Assembly (NCBI GenBank): GCA_965368975.1
Contig: CBDUPA010000028.1
Coordinates: 1-64,000, forward strand
Origin: an uncultured bacterium
GTDB lineage: Bacteria; Acidobacteriota; Thermoanaerobaculia; Multivoradales; JAHZIX01
Length of the DNA: 64,000 nt
Direction of reading: 5' to 3'
In this document: positions 27,845-35,979 of the stretch, one piece after another
Position numbering within the stretch: the first letter of the stretch is position 1
How the letters are laid out: every line of letters begins with the position of its first letter
Notes under the pieces: model-generated
The model's database searches: none
Told to the model about the DNA's origin: nothing
Seen by the model: the letters and a program-made list of their open reading frames with translations, nothing else
Position numbers and translations under genes: made by a program

Positions 27845-28366
27845 ATGAGCATTGTCTACCTCTCGCCTGACCAAGTTGCCGAGTACTTCGCCCTGCCCCC
27901 CGAAGCGATAGCACGGTGGCGCCACAAGGGTTTCGGTCCCAGATTCCGCCAACTCGCGGCTCAGACCAGCACATACCAGATCGACCACGTTGTCGATTAC
28001 CTGGTTTCCTGTGCAGTTCCGAAGCCAGAACTACCGGGAAGAGGCTCTGCTGAGTGGTCGAAGCAGCTAGCTGAAGTCACCAAGTTCATCCGAGGCACTG
28101 GCTTCTCGGTGCTACTCACCGAAGATGAGGTCGCCGGATTCGCGGGTCTCAACTCGCAGACGCTGGAGGGCTGGCGACACAAACACAGAGGGCCTGCCTT
28201 CTATCGCTTCGGCAAAGGAGGCCGCGCACGCATCCGGTATCGGCTGGACCAAGTAGTCGATTTCCTTCTTGAGAATTCGTTGCCTACCGACTCACGCAGA
28301 GCGTGGAAGGACCAGTACAAGGCTTTGTCTCAGTTCATTCAGGAAGAAAGGAAGGGCCTGTCATGA
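27845..28366 (+). CDS. Tandem AlpA/excisionase-like HTH protein
   Basis: Two repeats: 'LSPDQVAEY...IARWRHKGFGP.F' and 'LLTEDEVAGF...LEGWRHKHRGPAF..FG...RIRYRLDQV'. Confidence 0.82.
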   Translation: MSIVYLSPDQVAEYFALPPEAIARWRHKGFGPRFRQLAAQTSTYQIDHVVDYLVSCAVPKPELPGRGSAEWSKQLAEVTKFIRGTGFSVLLTEDEVAGFAGLNSQTLEGWRHKHRGPAFYRFGKGGRARIRYRLDQVVDFLLENSLPTDSRRAWKDQYKALSQFIQEERKGLS

Positions 28367-29280
28367 CCTTCGATCCACGCGCCATCACCGCCGAAGTCTT
28401 CGAAGGCGGTGCCATGCACGGCTTGGCCTACGTGCCCGTCCTCCAAGCCCTCGACCAACTCGGCACGCTGCCCACCACGCACGTAGGCACCAGCGCCGGT
28501 GCCCTCGTCGCCTTGACGCGCGCGCTACGTGTACCGCCGTCGAACCTGTCGCGGCTACTGCAAGAGACCGACTGGTCAGCCTGGGGGCGTCGCTCTGTGG
28601 CGCGCCTGCTCTTCCGAGGTGGGCTGTGCTCCCTCGATCCCGCCAGGCAGTGGATCGAGCAACGTCTACGAGACGCCAGCCTTCCTGTCGATCTCACGTT
28701 CGCCGACCTGCTCGACCAGACGCGGCATGACCTGGTCGTCGTCGCTACTCGGTTCGTGCAGCTCGGCAAGCGCAGAACCGCCTTGCCGTTCCACTTCAGC
28801 CCCAGCAACACGCCGCGGGCCGTGGTAGCAGAGGCGGTCCTGGCCAGCATGGCAATCCCGGGGTTCTACCCCTTCGTCGAGGTCACAGAACACGGACAGG
28901 CGACCTACCAGTACTGCGATGGTGGAGTCGCTGCCAACCTGGCCTTGGATCGAGTCGCCCACCTGCCACCCGAGCAGATCATCGCCTACCGCGTCGACAG
29001 CTCCGAAGAGATCCGAGTTGCTGACGGGCGAGTCTCTGCCGAGCCCTACTCGCCGTCTCTGCTCGCCAGCGTCCCGATCATGGCGCGCGCTCTGCGGCGT
29101 GAAGCCCTGGCGCGTCACGTACCTGATCACCTGTGGCCGCGTGTCGTCCGGATCGATACCGGGGACATCAGCGCCCTCGACTTCGACATGGACGAAGCCA
29201 CCATGCAACGGCTGCTCGACTGCGGCCGGGAGGGTTGGGAGGCGTGGATCAGGAAGCAGGGACAGGAGGCGCAGGCATGA
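28363..29280 (+). CDS. Patatin-like phospholipase
   Basis: 'EGGAMHG' oxyanion loop, 'GTSAG' nucleophile elbow, 'ASMAIP', 'DGG'. Confidence 0.93.
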   Translation: MTFDPRAITAEVFEGGAMHGLAYVPVLQALDQLGTLPTTHVGTSAGALVALTRALRVPPSNLSRLLQETDWSAWGRRSVARLLFRGGLCSLDPARQWIEQRLRDASLPVDLTFADLLDQTRHDLVVVATRFVQLGKRRTALPFHFSPSNTPRAVVAEAVLASMAIPGFYPFVEVTEHGQATYQYCDGGVAANLALDRVAHLPPEQIIAYRVDSSEEIRVADGRVSAEPYSPSLLASVPIMARALRREALARHVPDHLWPRVVRIDTGDISALDFDMDEATMQRLLDCGREGWEAWIRKQGQEAQA

Positions 29281-29462
29281 ACACACGCTGTACAGCAGAG
29301 CCCGCAACCCTCGACCAGATCGCCCGCGCACACGCCGAGGTTGCGGCACTCTTCGACAAGGAGAAAGACGAGGCCAAGCGCGACCGGTACCGAATCCAGC
29401 TTGCAGCCCTGTCATCTGCCTACCTGCAACATCCTGACTTTCGACGCGGGGCCAGGCGATGA
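29277..29462 (+). CDS. Small hypothetical phage protein
   Basis: ATGA-coupled at both ends. Confidence 0.55.
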   Translation: MNTRCTAEPATLDQIARAHAEVAALFDKEKDEAKRDRYRIQLAALSSAYLQHPDFRRGARR

Positions 29463-29725
29463 GCGCAAAGGTCAGGGATTACAACAACGCCGTCTCTAGC
29501 TGGTGGGTTCACTGGTACGACTATGCCGAGGAGAGCAACGCAGTAGTAGCAACTGAGGTCGGCCTTGTGATGGTGCGCATCCTGCACCTGTGGGAGCGGA
29601 CCACGCTTTACTGCCAGATCGGGGCGAGGATTCACGAGCGAGTCTACGAGCGCTGCTGGTCTCAGAGGTACTCGATCACTCTGGCCAAGCGTTGGGCGCG
29701 AGAGCTGGCGGAATCTTTGCAATGA
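29459..29725 (+). CDS. Small hypothetical phage protein
   Basis: ATGA-coupled. Confidence 0.55.
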   Translation: MSAKVRDYNNAVSSWWVHWYDYAEESNAVVATEVGLVMVRILHLWERTTLYCQIGARIHERVYERCWSQRYSITLAKRWARELAESLQ

Positions 29726-30237
29726 GCAAGTGGACTCCCCGCAACAAGCAGGGCGCCAGGTGCCCACACTGCGAGCACATGCACCAGCTCGTGTGGCTGG
29801 GCTCCAGCGTGGTCAAGACCGAGAGGCGCACGTGCGAGCAGTGCGGCCAGCCGTTCATCCTCGAAACCCGAACTACGGTCAACTACCGAACACGCCCCGA
29901 CTGGCCCAAGGGTCCGGCGCCGGTCGCACGAAACCCGGATCGCAGGAAGCGGCACCACCTACGCATGTGGGGACCGCCGGGCTTTCGCGAGTGGCTCCTC
30001 AAGCACCCTTGCTGCATCTGCGGTGCCAAGGCTACCGACATGAGCCACGTCAAGAGTCGTGGAGCTGGGAACGGTGCCGAGAACAACGCCGTACCGCAGG
30101 ACCACCGGTGTCACCTGGAGTACGAAGCCGGCAAAGAGTCTTTCGAGAACCGGCACAACGTCGACATGCAAGAGATGGCGCGTCGGTATTGGGCGCGGTG
30201 GCTTCAGCATTCAGCAACAGAACAAGGAGGTAACTGA
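29722..30237 (+). CDS. Zn-ribbon plus HNH-like (DUF968/NinG-like) protein
   Basis: CPHC..CEQC, then 'WLLKHPCCICG....MSHVKSRGAG...VP...RCH'. Confidence 0.65.
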   Translation: MSKWTPRNKQGARCPHCEHMHQLVWLGSSVVKTERRTCEQCGQPFILETRTTVNYRTRPDWPKGPAPVARNPDRRKRHHLRMWGPPGFREWLLKHPCCICGAKATDMSHVKSRGAGNGAENNAVPQDHRCHLEYEAGKESFENRHNVDMQEMARRYWARWLQHSATEQGGN

Positions 30238-30347
30238 TGTCGTCCAGCTGGGTTCCAGATATACCGGGGTGTGGGTGTTTCGTCGCGCTGTTTCTTGCTG
30301 GCGCCGCTGTCACTCTCTGTATCGTCTGGATCGTGACCTGAATCGTC

Positions 30348-30572
30348 GTGAGCTACTACCGGAAGCCCCTACGCGGCGGAGGGTGCCGGATCATCCCTCG
30401 CGCCACCAACGGCCGCTTCTGTCGCGAAGTGATCGAAGCGAAGGTATGCCCAAGCTGCAACGGCTTCGTCGTGCCAGAGCAGGTCAACAAAGGTAGCGAG
30501 CGATTCCCCTTGTTCAAGTACGTCTACCCGGCGGAATGCCCCCGGTGCGGCAAGCCCCTACCGCGTGCGTGA
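30348..30572 (+). CDS. Small zinc-ribbon protein
   Basis: CPSC and CPRCG motifs. Confidence 0.5.
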   Translation: MSYYRKPLRGGGCRIIPRATNGRFCREVIEAKVCPSCNGFVVPEQVNKGSERFPLFKYVYPAECPRCGKPLPRA

Positions 30573-31383
30573 ACTGTCTCTCTTTACCGGCGGTGGCGGT
30601 GGACTCCTCGCTACCCACCACCTGCTCGGCTGGGAAGCAGTCGCAGGAGTCGAGATCGAGCCGTACCGACGAGACGAACTGAAAGCGAGACAAGCTGATG
30701 GCGTCCTCCCTGACTTCCCCATCTACACCGACATCCGAGCCTTCAATCCGATGCCCTGGCGCGGCCAAGTCGACATCGTCACAGGTGGGTTCCCCTGCCA
30801 GCCGTTCAGCGTTGCTGGCAAGCAGCTCGGCGAAGCGGACCCGCGCAACCTCTGGCCCGAGACAGACAGGGTCCTTCGCGAAGTGGGACCCAACCTCACG
30901 CTGTTGGAGAACGTTCCAAAGCTGCTTCATAACCGGTACTTCGGCCGAATACTCGGAGACTTGGCCGAGAGCGGGTACCGGTGGATCTGGGATTGTTTCC
31001 CAGCGTTCACCTTTGGTGCCTGCCACAAGCGGGACCGGCTCTTCATCCTTGCGTTCAAGAGTCGAGCCGACCTGGCCCAAATCGATTCGAACGCTCGTCG
31101 AGTCCTTGGGGCTCCGCTACCTGCCAACGCCGCTCAAGAGCGACGCGACCCGAGCAGGGGGACTCAAGGACCCGAAGCGCTGGGCAAGGAAGCGTGGCAG
31201 GCCCTACGACCTGAAGCTCTGCAACTGCATCCGTGGACCAGTGAACCCGGCGTGGGTCGAATGGCTAATGGCGTGGCCAGAAGGCTGGACCGCGTTGCAG
31301 CCCTTGGAGATGGACAAGTTTCGATCGTGGTTGCAGCGGCAGCGGTCCTACTTGCGCGCGCTGCTTTGGGAATAGCGAACTGA
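30565..31383 (+). CDS. DNA (cytosine-5)-methyltransferase, main (alpha-like) polypeptide
   Basis: Motif I 'SLFTGGGG', IV 'GGFPCQPFS', VI 'ENV', VIII 'HKRDRLFI', X-like 'RVAALGDGQV'. Confidence 0.92.
   Translation: MRELSLFTGGGGGLLATHHLLGWEAVAGVEIEPYRRDELKARQADGVLPDFPIYTDIRAFNPMPWRGQVDIVTGGFPCQPFSVAGKQLGEADPRNLWPETDRVLREVGPNLTLLENVPKLLHNRYFGRILGDLAESGYRWIWDCFPAFTFGACHKRDRLFILAFKSRADLAQIDSNARRVLGAPLPANAAQERRDPSRGTQGPEALGKEAWQALRPEALQLHPWTSEPGVGRMANGVARRLDRVAALGDGQVSIVVAAAAVLLARAALGIAN
30698..31375 (+). CDS. Nested +1-frame ORF, putative beta subunit of the C5 methyltransferase (true start uncertain)
   Basis: Carries motif-IX-like 'VNPAWVEWLMAWPEGWT' (31241-31291), which the main frame lacks. 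Confidence 0.65.
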   Translation: MASSLTSPSTPTSEPSIRCPGAAKSTSSQVGSPASRSALLASSSAKRTRATSGPRQTGSFAKWDPTSRCWRTFQSCFITGTSAEYSETWPRAGTGGSGIVSQRSPLVPATSGTGSSSLRSRVEPTWPKSIRTLVESLGLRYLPTPLKSDATRAGGLKDPKRWARKRGRPYDLKLCNCIRGPVNPAWVEWLMAWPEGWTALQPLEMDKFRSWLQRQRSYLRALLWE

Positions 31384-31384
31384 C

Positions 31385-32236
31385 GTGGCCACCACAATTA
31401 CCCGACCTGCCGTGCGGTACTTCGGCTCGAAGTGGCGACTAGCGCCGACAGTCATTCAACTGCTCGGTGAGCACTACTGCTACATCGAGCCCTACGCCGG
31501 TAGCGCTGCCGTCCTTCTGCGGAAGCCAAGGTCAGAGTTCGAGGTGATGAACGATCTGGACGGATCAGTGGTCAACTTCTGGCGTGTCCTGCGGGACTCA
31601 CCCCAGGAGCTGGCACGGGCCGTCGCCCTTACTCCTTATGCCCGCACCGAGCAGCAGTCATCGCGCCAGAAATGCGACTGCCCTATCGAAGCCGCCCGTC
31701 GCTTCGCTGTTCGGTGCTGGCAAGCGTTCTCGCCAGGAAAGCAATCCGGCTGGAGGTTCCAGCGAAAACCTCGCGGGCCAGGGCACCGACGAACTACCGC
31801 CGTTACTGACTGGGTGGAGCTTCCAGAGCGGCTGGCTGTCGTCGCCGAGCGGCTTCGAGGCGTAGCGATCGAGAGTGACGAAGCTCGGGCAGTGATCAAG
31901 CGCTTCGACGGCAAGGAAGCCGCCTTCTTCGTTGATCCCCCGTACCCGCACGATACGCGGTATGACAGCAGAGGTTACGGCGTAGAGATGTCAAACGAGG
32001 AGCACCGGCAGCTACTCGAGGACCTGGTGAAGCTGCAGGGAAGGGCAGTGGTCTCAACATATCCGAACGAACTTTACACCGATGCTCTCTCTAGCGCCGG
32101 CTGGCGCCAGATCGAGACGTCAGCCCACACCAACAAAGGCGGCACCTTTCGAACGGAACAACTGTGGTGCTCGCCACAGATCGAGGTCAAGCGCGAAGTA
32201 GCTCAGCAGGTCGACCTGTGGAAAGCAGATGACTGA
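31385..32236 (+). CDS. Dam-like (D12 class) DNA adenine methyltransferase
   Basis: 'RYFGSKWRLA', 'YIEPYAGSAAV', 'NDLD', 'DPPY'. Confidence 0.93.
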   Translation: MATTITRPAVRYFGSKWRLAPTVIQLLGEHYCYIEPYAGSAAVLLRKPRSEFEVMNDLDGSVVNFWRVLRDSPQELARAVALTPYARTEQQSSRQKCDCPIEAARRFAVRCWQAFSPGKQSGWRFQRKPRGPGHRRTTAVTDWVELPERLAVVAERLRGVAIESDEARAVIKRFDGKEAAFFVDPPYPHDTRYDSRGYGVEMSNEEHRQLLEDLVKLQGRAVVSTYPNELYTDALSSAGWRQIETSAHTNKGGTFRTEQLWCSPQIEVKREVAQQVDLWKADD

Positions 32237-32771
32237 CCTGATCGTCTGCATCCGCCGCAACGGCGAACACCGCGACCTTGCCCACCTGACGGCCGTTCCC
32301 GTCGTCCAGAACGACCGCAGGCTCATGGTCTCGTTCCAACCTCACGAAACCGCACGTCTCAGCCCCGGCCGGCGCTGGAAGCATGGGCAGGTCGTCAGCG
32401 AAGCCGAAGCACTTGCACGCCTGGTCCAGTTCGCCGGCCCCTTTCCACGCATCATCGCCTTTCGGACCTACCAAGCCTCCACCTACCTGAGGCAGGCAGC
32501 AGAGCGCTGCAACTCCAGTCTCAACCTCTCAGCCGAACCACTCAACGTCGAACAGCTCGCTCACTGGTGCTCGATGCTCGGGGAATGGGCGCCGGCTGAG
32601 ACTCCAGGGCTCAGCGCCTGGTGTCACCACCTAGACATCACCGTCACCGAGAAGGCCGGCCCCTTCGGAGAGGTCTACGCCACACGTGGTGTGCTCTACA
32701 AGCTGGAGACGATGATGGAGGAAGCTGCCATGAGTCGTGTACGGGCTGCGTTCGAGGAAGAAGTACAGTAA
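32229..32771 (+). CDS. Hypothetical phage protein, last gene before the prophage edge
   Basis: Coupled ORF. Confidence 0.55.
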   Translation: MTDLIVCIRRNGEHRDLAHLTAVPVVQNDRRLMVSFQPHETARLSPGRRWKHGQVVSEAEALARLVQFAGPFPRIIAFRTYQASTYLRQAAERCNSSLNLSAEPLNVEQLAHWCSMLGEWAPAETPGLSAWCHHLDITVTEKAGPFGEVYATRGVLYKLETMMEEAAMSRVRAAFEEEVQ

Positions 32772-32853
32772 GTCTACAGGCAGTGATCTCTCAACCCCTC
32801 AACAACCATTAAGCCTTAATTCTACAGCTATTTACGGACCACCTACCAAGTAG

Positions 32854-33615
32854 CAAGGTTCCGATGTAGGGCACATCCCAGCCGATGACGCGGCGTGTCG
32901 CGTCGAGGAAGAGCACGGCCAAGGCTTCGCGATCGTAGCTCTGCAAGATCAGCCACAGCAGAGCTGCGGCATCACCGTGAACGCGCACCCGTGGATAGGT
33001 ATGCAGCGGCCGGCTCGCCACGCGAACCAACTCGACACGCAGACGGGGAACATCCGGCAGCGTGTGCCTCTCGGCACCCAGTATCGGATGCACGGGTCGG
33101 CGCAACGGCAGATTCGCGCGGCAGGGTCGAGGGCTTCGCTGGTCGGCGCAGAGCCCGGCAAGAAACGGAGCCAGGATCGTCGGGTCGAAGGAGATCTGCT
33201 CAAGCTTCGCTTCCAGCTCCGCGCTCGGCTGAAGATCGACCCAGCCGAATCGGTGCACCCGCTCCCCCACCTCGAAGCCGACTTCCTGTGCGAGGTCACG
33301 GAATCTCCCGTTGTGGTACCCGCGATGGCAGCAGTCCTTGATACCGCGCACGCCGTTGACCCAGTGCACCATCGCGTGCAGCAGCGCCGCCAAGATCTCG
33401 AACTGCGAGCCGGTCAACGCGTGCACGGGTACGTGTACGGGGTATGACTGCCCGTCTTCTGTGCGCTCCGATCCTGGGGACAAGCCCCAGATGCGGACTG
33501 AGAGTGGATGTCGCGCAAGCTCCGGCCAGAAGCTGTCGAGCAGTTGAGCGCAGCAAAGGCCGATCTCCTGCTCTGCTTGTGCGACGGGGGTGCCGGTGTC
33601 CATGCCCGGCACCAC
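32854..33615 (-). pseudogene. radC: 3'-truncated SprT-like/RadC(JAB) fusion gene
   Basis: Collinear with 51597-52586 up to 'WDVPYIGT', then similarity stops; the HNHPSG metal site is absent. Confidence 0.88.
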
Positions 33616-34026
33616 TCAGCGCTCCAGGTCCGGAGGGGTGCCCAGTTTCTCTTCGAGCCGTGACGCCTGTGCGGCCAGTTGCTCGGAGACCTCGATCGCC
33701 AGGCTTTGGAACTGGACGACCTCGGCATCGTCAACGCTGCCCGGCTCAGCACCCAGGTGGTGGAGGTAGCCTTGAAGCTGGCGCAGGTCTTCGAGCGCGG
33801 CGCGAAGGTCCGACTTGACCGGTACCTCGCCGCGTTCGCGGTACGTCTCCTCGTGCAGCAGGGCGTTGTCGTAGAGCGTGATGCCCACGCGGCGGAAAGA
33901 GTCGCGGATGTGGGCTTCCGGGTAGAGGTGTAGGTACGTCTCGCGGAAGACGGCGCGAGCTTCCCAGTCACTTAGGTGCGGGAGGTTCGGCGGCTGCGTG
34001 TTGGTATGCTGCGGCTGGTCACTCAT
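33616..34026 (-). CDS. Conserved hypothetical protein of the integrative element (paralog of 52590-53000)
   Basis: Near-identical 'AVFRETYLHLYPEAHIRD.FR..G.TLYDNALLHEETY.ERGEVPVKSDLRAAL'; AAGGAG RBS. Confidence 0.85.
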   Translation of the reverse strand: MSDQPQHTNTQPPNLPHLSDWEARAVFRETYLHLYPEAHIRDSFRRVGITLYDNALLHEETYRERGEVPVKSDLRAALEDLRQLQGYLHHLGAEPGSVDDAEVVQFQSLAIEVSEQLAAQASRLEEKLGTPPDLER

Positions 34027-34328
34027 GGGACGTATCTCCTTTGAGTGGCAAGGCCCGGTTCGGTGCGTCAACACCGGATCGGGCCGCTTGGTTGATCGGA
34101 GGCCTGGACCTGAACCTCAAAGGGCAGGACCGGGCCAGTCTGGCCCACCAGTACCTCGGGCCACGACGAATGGTCAACCACAGAGCCGTTATTTCTTGGG
34201 CTTACCCGGCAAGACTGCCGATGGTGTCTTGTCGCCAGAGGAAGCGCCAGATCTGACAACAGCGGGACCAAGGTCCCAAGGTGAGCAGGCAGTGACCGGA
34301 CGGCGGTGCCCCCCTCTGACAGAACTGA

Positions 34329-35042
34329 TCACGTTCGAGGACGGCGATCACGGACAACGATGTTCTTCGACTTACTGTTGACCTCGAAAAGGCCAACGGC
34401 CTTGACCACTTCGCTGAGCTTCTTGAAGCCGTAGTTCCGAGGATCGAAATCAGGAGCCTGAGTCGCGATGTGATTGCCGACCGGGCCCAAGTGGGCCCAA
34501 CCATCATCATCCGAGACTGCATCAATGGCGGTTCGGATGAGATCTACCAACCGCGCATCGCCTCGAAGCTCCTTGGCACTCTTGGCCTTCTCTTGGATCG
34601 GAGCGTCGAGATCGGTCACCAGAACTTCTGAATAGACAAACTTATCGCAGGCCACGACAAAAGGGCGCGGAGTCTTCTTCTCACCAAAGCCGTAGACCAG
34701 CTTCCCCTCCTCACGAATGCGAGACGCCAACCGCGTAAAGTCACTGTCGCTCGAAACCAAGCAAAAGCCATCAAACCGATCAGTATAGAGCAGGTCCATG
34801 GCGTCGATGATCATGGCGGAATCGGTAGCGTTCTTGCCCGCAGTGTAGCGGAACTGCTGTATAGGATGAATCGAGTGTTCCAGCAAAACCGCCTTCCAGC
34901 TGCTCAACTGAGGCGTGGTCCAATCGCCGTAGATTCTCTTGACGCTGGCTACCCCGTACTTCGCAACCTCCGCAAGCAACGCGTCGATGAGTGAGGCGCG
35001 CGCGTTGTCGGCATCGATCAGAACTGCGAGCTTCTCTTGCAC
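34329..35042 (-). CDS. NYN (LabA/DUF88) PIN-like nuclease with OST-HTH/LOTUS domain
   Basis: 'AVLIDADN', 'KRIYGDW', 'GKNATD..MIIDAMDLL', 'SSDSDF', 'PDFDPRNYGFKKLS'. Confidence 0.93.
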   Translation of the reverse strand: MQEKLAVLIDADNARASLIDALLAEVAKYGVASVKRIYGDWTTPQLSSWKAVLLEHSIHPIQQFRYTAGKNATDSAMIIDAMDLLYTDRFDGFCLVSSDSDFTRLASRIREEGKLVYGFGEKKTPRPFVVACDKFVYSEVLVTDLDAPIQEKAKSAKELRGDARLVDLIRTAIDAVSDDDGWAHLGPVGNHIATQAPDFDPRNYGFKKLSEVVKAVGLFEVNSKSKNIVVRDRRPRT

Positions 35043-35098
35043 TGGGACTCCTTCTTGGCTTAGGCAACCACGCGCTGATCCTGAACTGGTCGGATCTC

Positions 35099-35359
35099 TC
35101 ACTCGTCCAAGTCAGGAGGCGGTGGCAACTCTTCTGCTGGTACGCCTTTCAGCCAACCTGTTGCATACTCGATTGCCCAGAGAAAAGATCTCAAGGGCAT
35201 CTTCAATGGCTGAGTCTCAGGATCCAGCTCAAGAACTGGCTTGTCGTCCGACTCTTCGACCGAGATCAAACCGATGAAGACAGAGTCCAGGTAGAGTTCG
35301 GCAACTACTTCCTCGTAGTCGGTCAAGCTGCAAATCTGAACCCTTACTCTGTTGCTCAT
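35099..35359 (-). CDS. Small acidic protein, possible orphan immunity protein
   Basis: Acidic 86-aa ORF downstream of the Rhs locus. Confidence 0.5.
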   Translation of the reverse strand: MSNRVRVQICSLTDYEEVVAELYLDSVFIGLISVEESDDKPVLELDPETQPLKMPLRSFLWAIEYATGWLKGVPAEELPPPPDLDE

Positions 35360-35418
35360 CTCAATTCTCGCGCGTAGTTGGGCAAGAAAACCACTCTGCG
35401 TTCATCATCTGCTCAGAT

Positions 35419-35979
35419 TTACAGTTCAAGCCCCATGATCTCAGAGAGGCCGAGGAACGTCTCCATAACCCCTTCACCCGTCGGTGCGATGGTCTCAAAG
35501 TACAGTGCCCCTGGCCAGTCCAAATCTTGCTTCAGGGTCTCCACATCTAGGACATTCTCAAGATCACGTTTGTTGAGCTGAAAGACAAGTGGAATCTGTT
35601 CCCAGTCTCGATCTAGGCGCTTGAGATCAGCCTGGAGCTTCTGAAGATGGAGTAAGTTCCGCTCGTGGCAGGGTGCCTGCGAATCGACAACAAAGATTAC
35701 ACCATCTACTCGACTCAAAAACTGAAGTTCGTCTACGGCAAGTGGGTCATCCGCCGCGTCTGATACATCTTCGTAGTGTCGCCAGGAAAGGTACCGCAAG
35801 TAGCCAATACTCAGAACCGGATGAGTCGAGTCGGCCACTCGAAACGTGGCGGACCAGTTCAGTTCCTGCCGGAGATCAACACCTGGACGAACAATTAGGG
35901 CCTTCTTGATTTGCCCGAGGGATGTCTCTCGCCCCGCAAACGCGGGGCCTGCGTAGAGGATCCTCTTTGCTAACCTCAT
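35419..35979 (-). CDS. Degenerate MglA-like small GTPase
   Basis: 'ILYAGPAFAGRET' (altered P-loop), 'VDGVIFVVDSQ..CHERN', 'IPLVFQLNKRDL', 'ETIAPTGEGVMETF'. Confidence 0.85.
   Translation of the reverse strand: MRLAKRILYAGPAFAGRETSLGQIKKALIVRPGVDLRQELNWSATFRVADSTHPVLSIGYLRYLSWRHYEDVSDAADDPLAVDELQFLSRVDGVIFVVDSQAPCHERNLLHLQKLQADLKRLDRDWEQIPLVFQLNKRDLENVLDVETLKQDLDWPGALYFETIAPTGEGVMETFLGLSEIMGLEL

Larger units (their letters stand above)
1..32853. mobile_element. Prophage (siphovirus-like, HK97-type head); left end lies outside the window
   Basis: Contiguous terminase, portal, prohead protease, capsid, head-tail, tail tube, tape measure and endolysin genes on the minus strand, plus a divergent early operon. 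The right edge coincides with the truncation point of a radC gene. Confidence 0.92.

Noticed and set aside
28363-29280. CBASS system
   Set aside because: No CD-NTase or Cap2/Cap3 adjacent; the JAB domains in the window are RadC-type and distant.
30565-32236. Restriction-modification system
   Set aside because: No recognisable endonuclease; orphan methyltransferases are common in phage early regions.
35419-35979. Functional mglA gliding-motility gene
   Set aside because: The P-loop lysine and switch motifs are altered, there is no mglB, and the context is a toxin locus.
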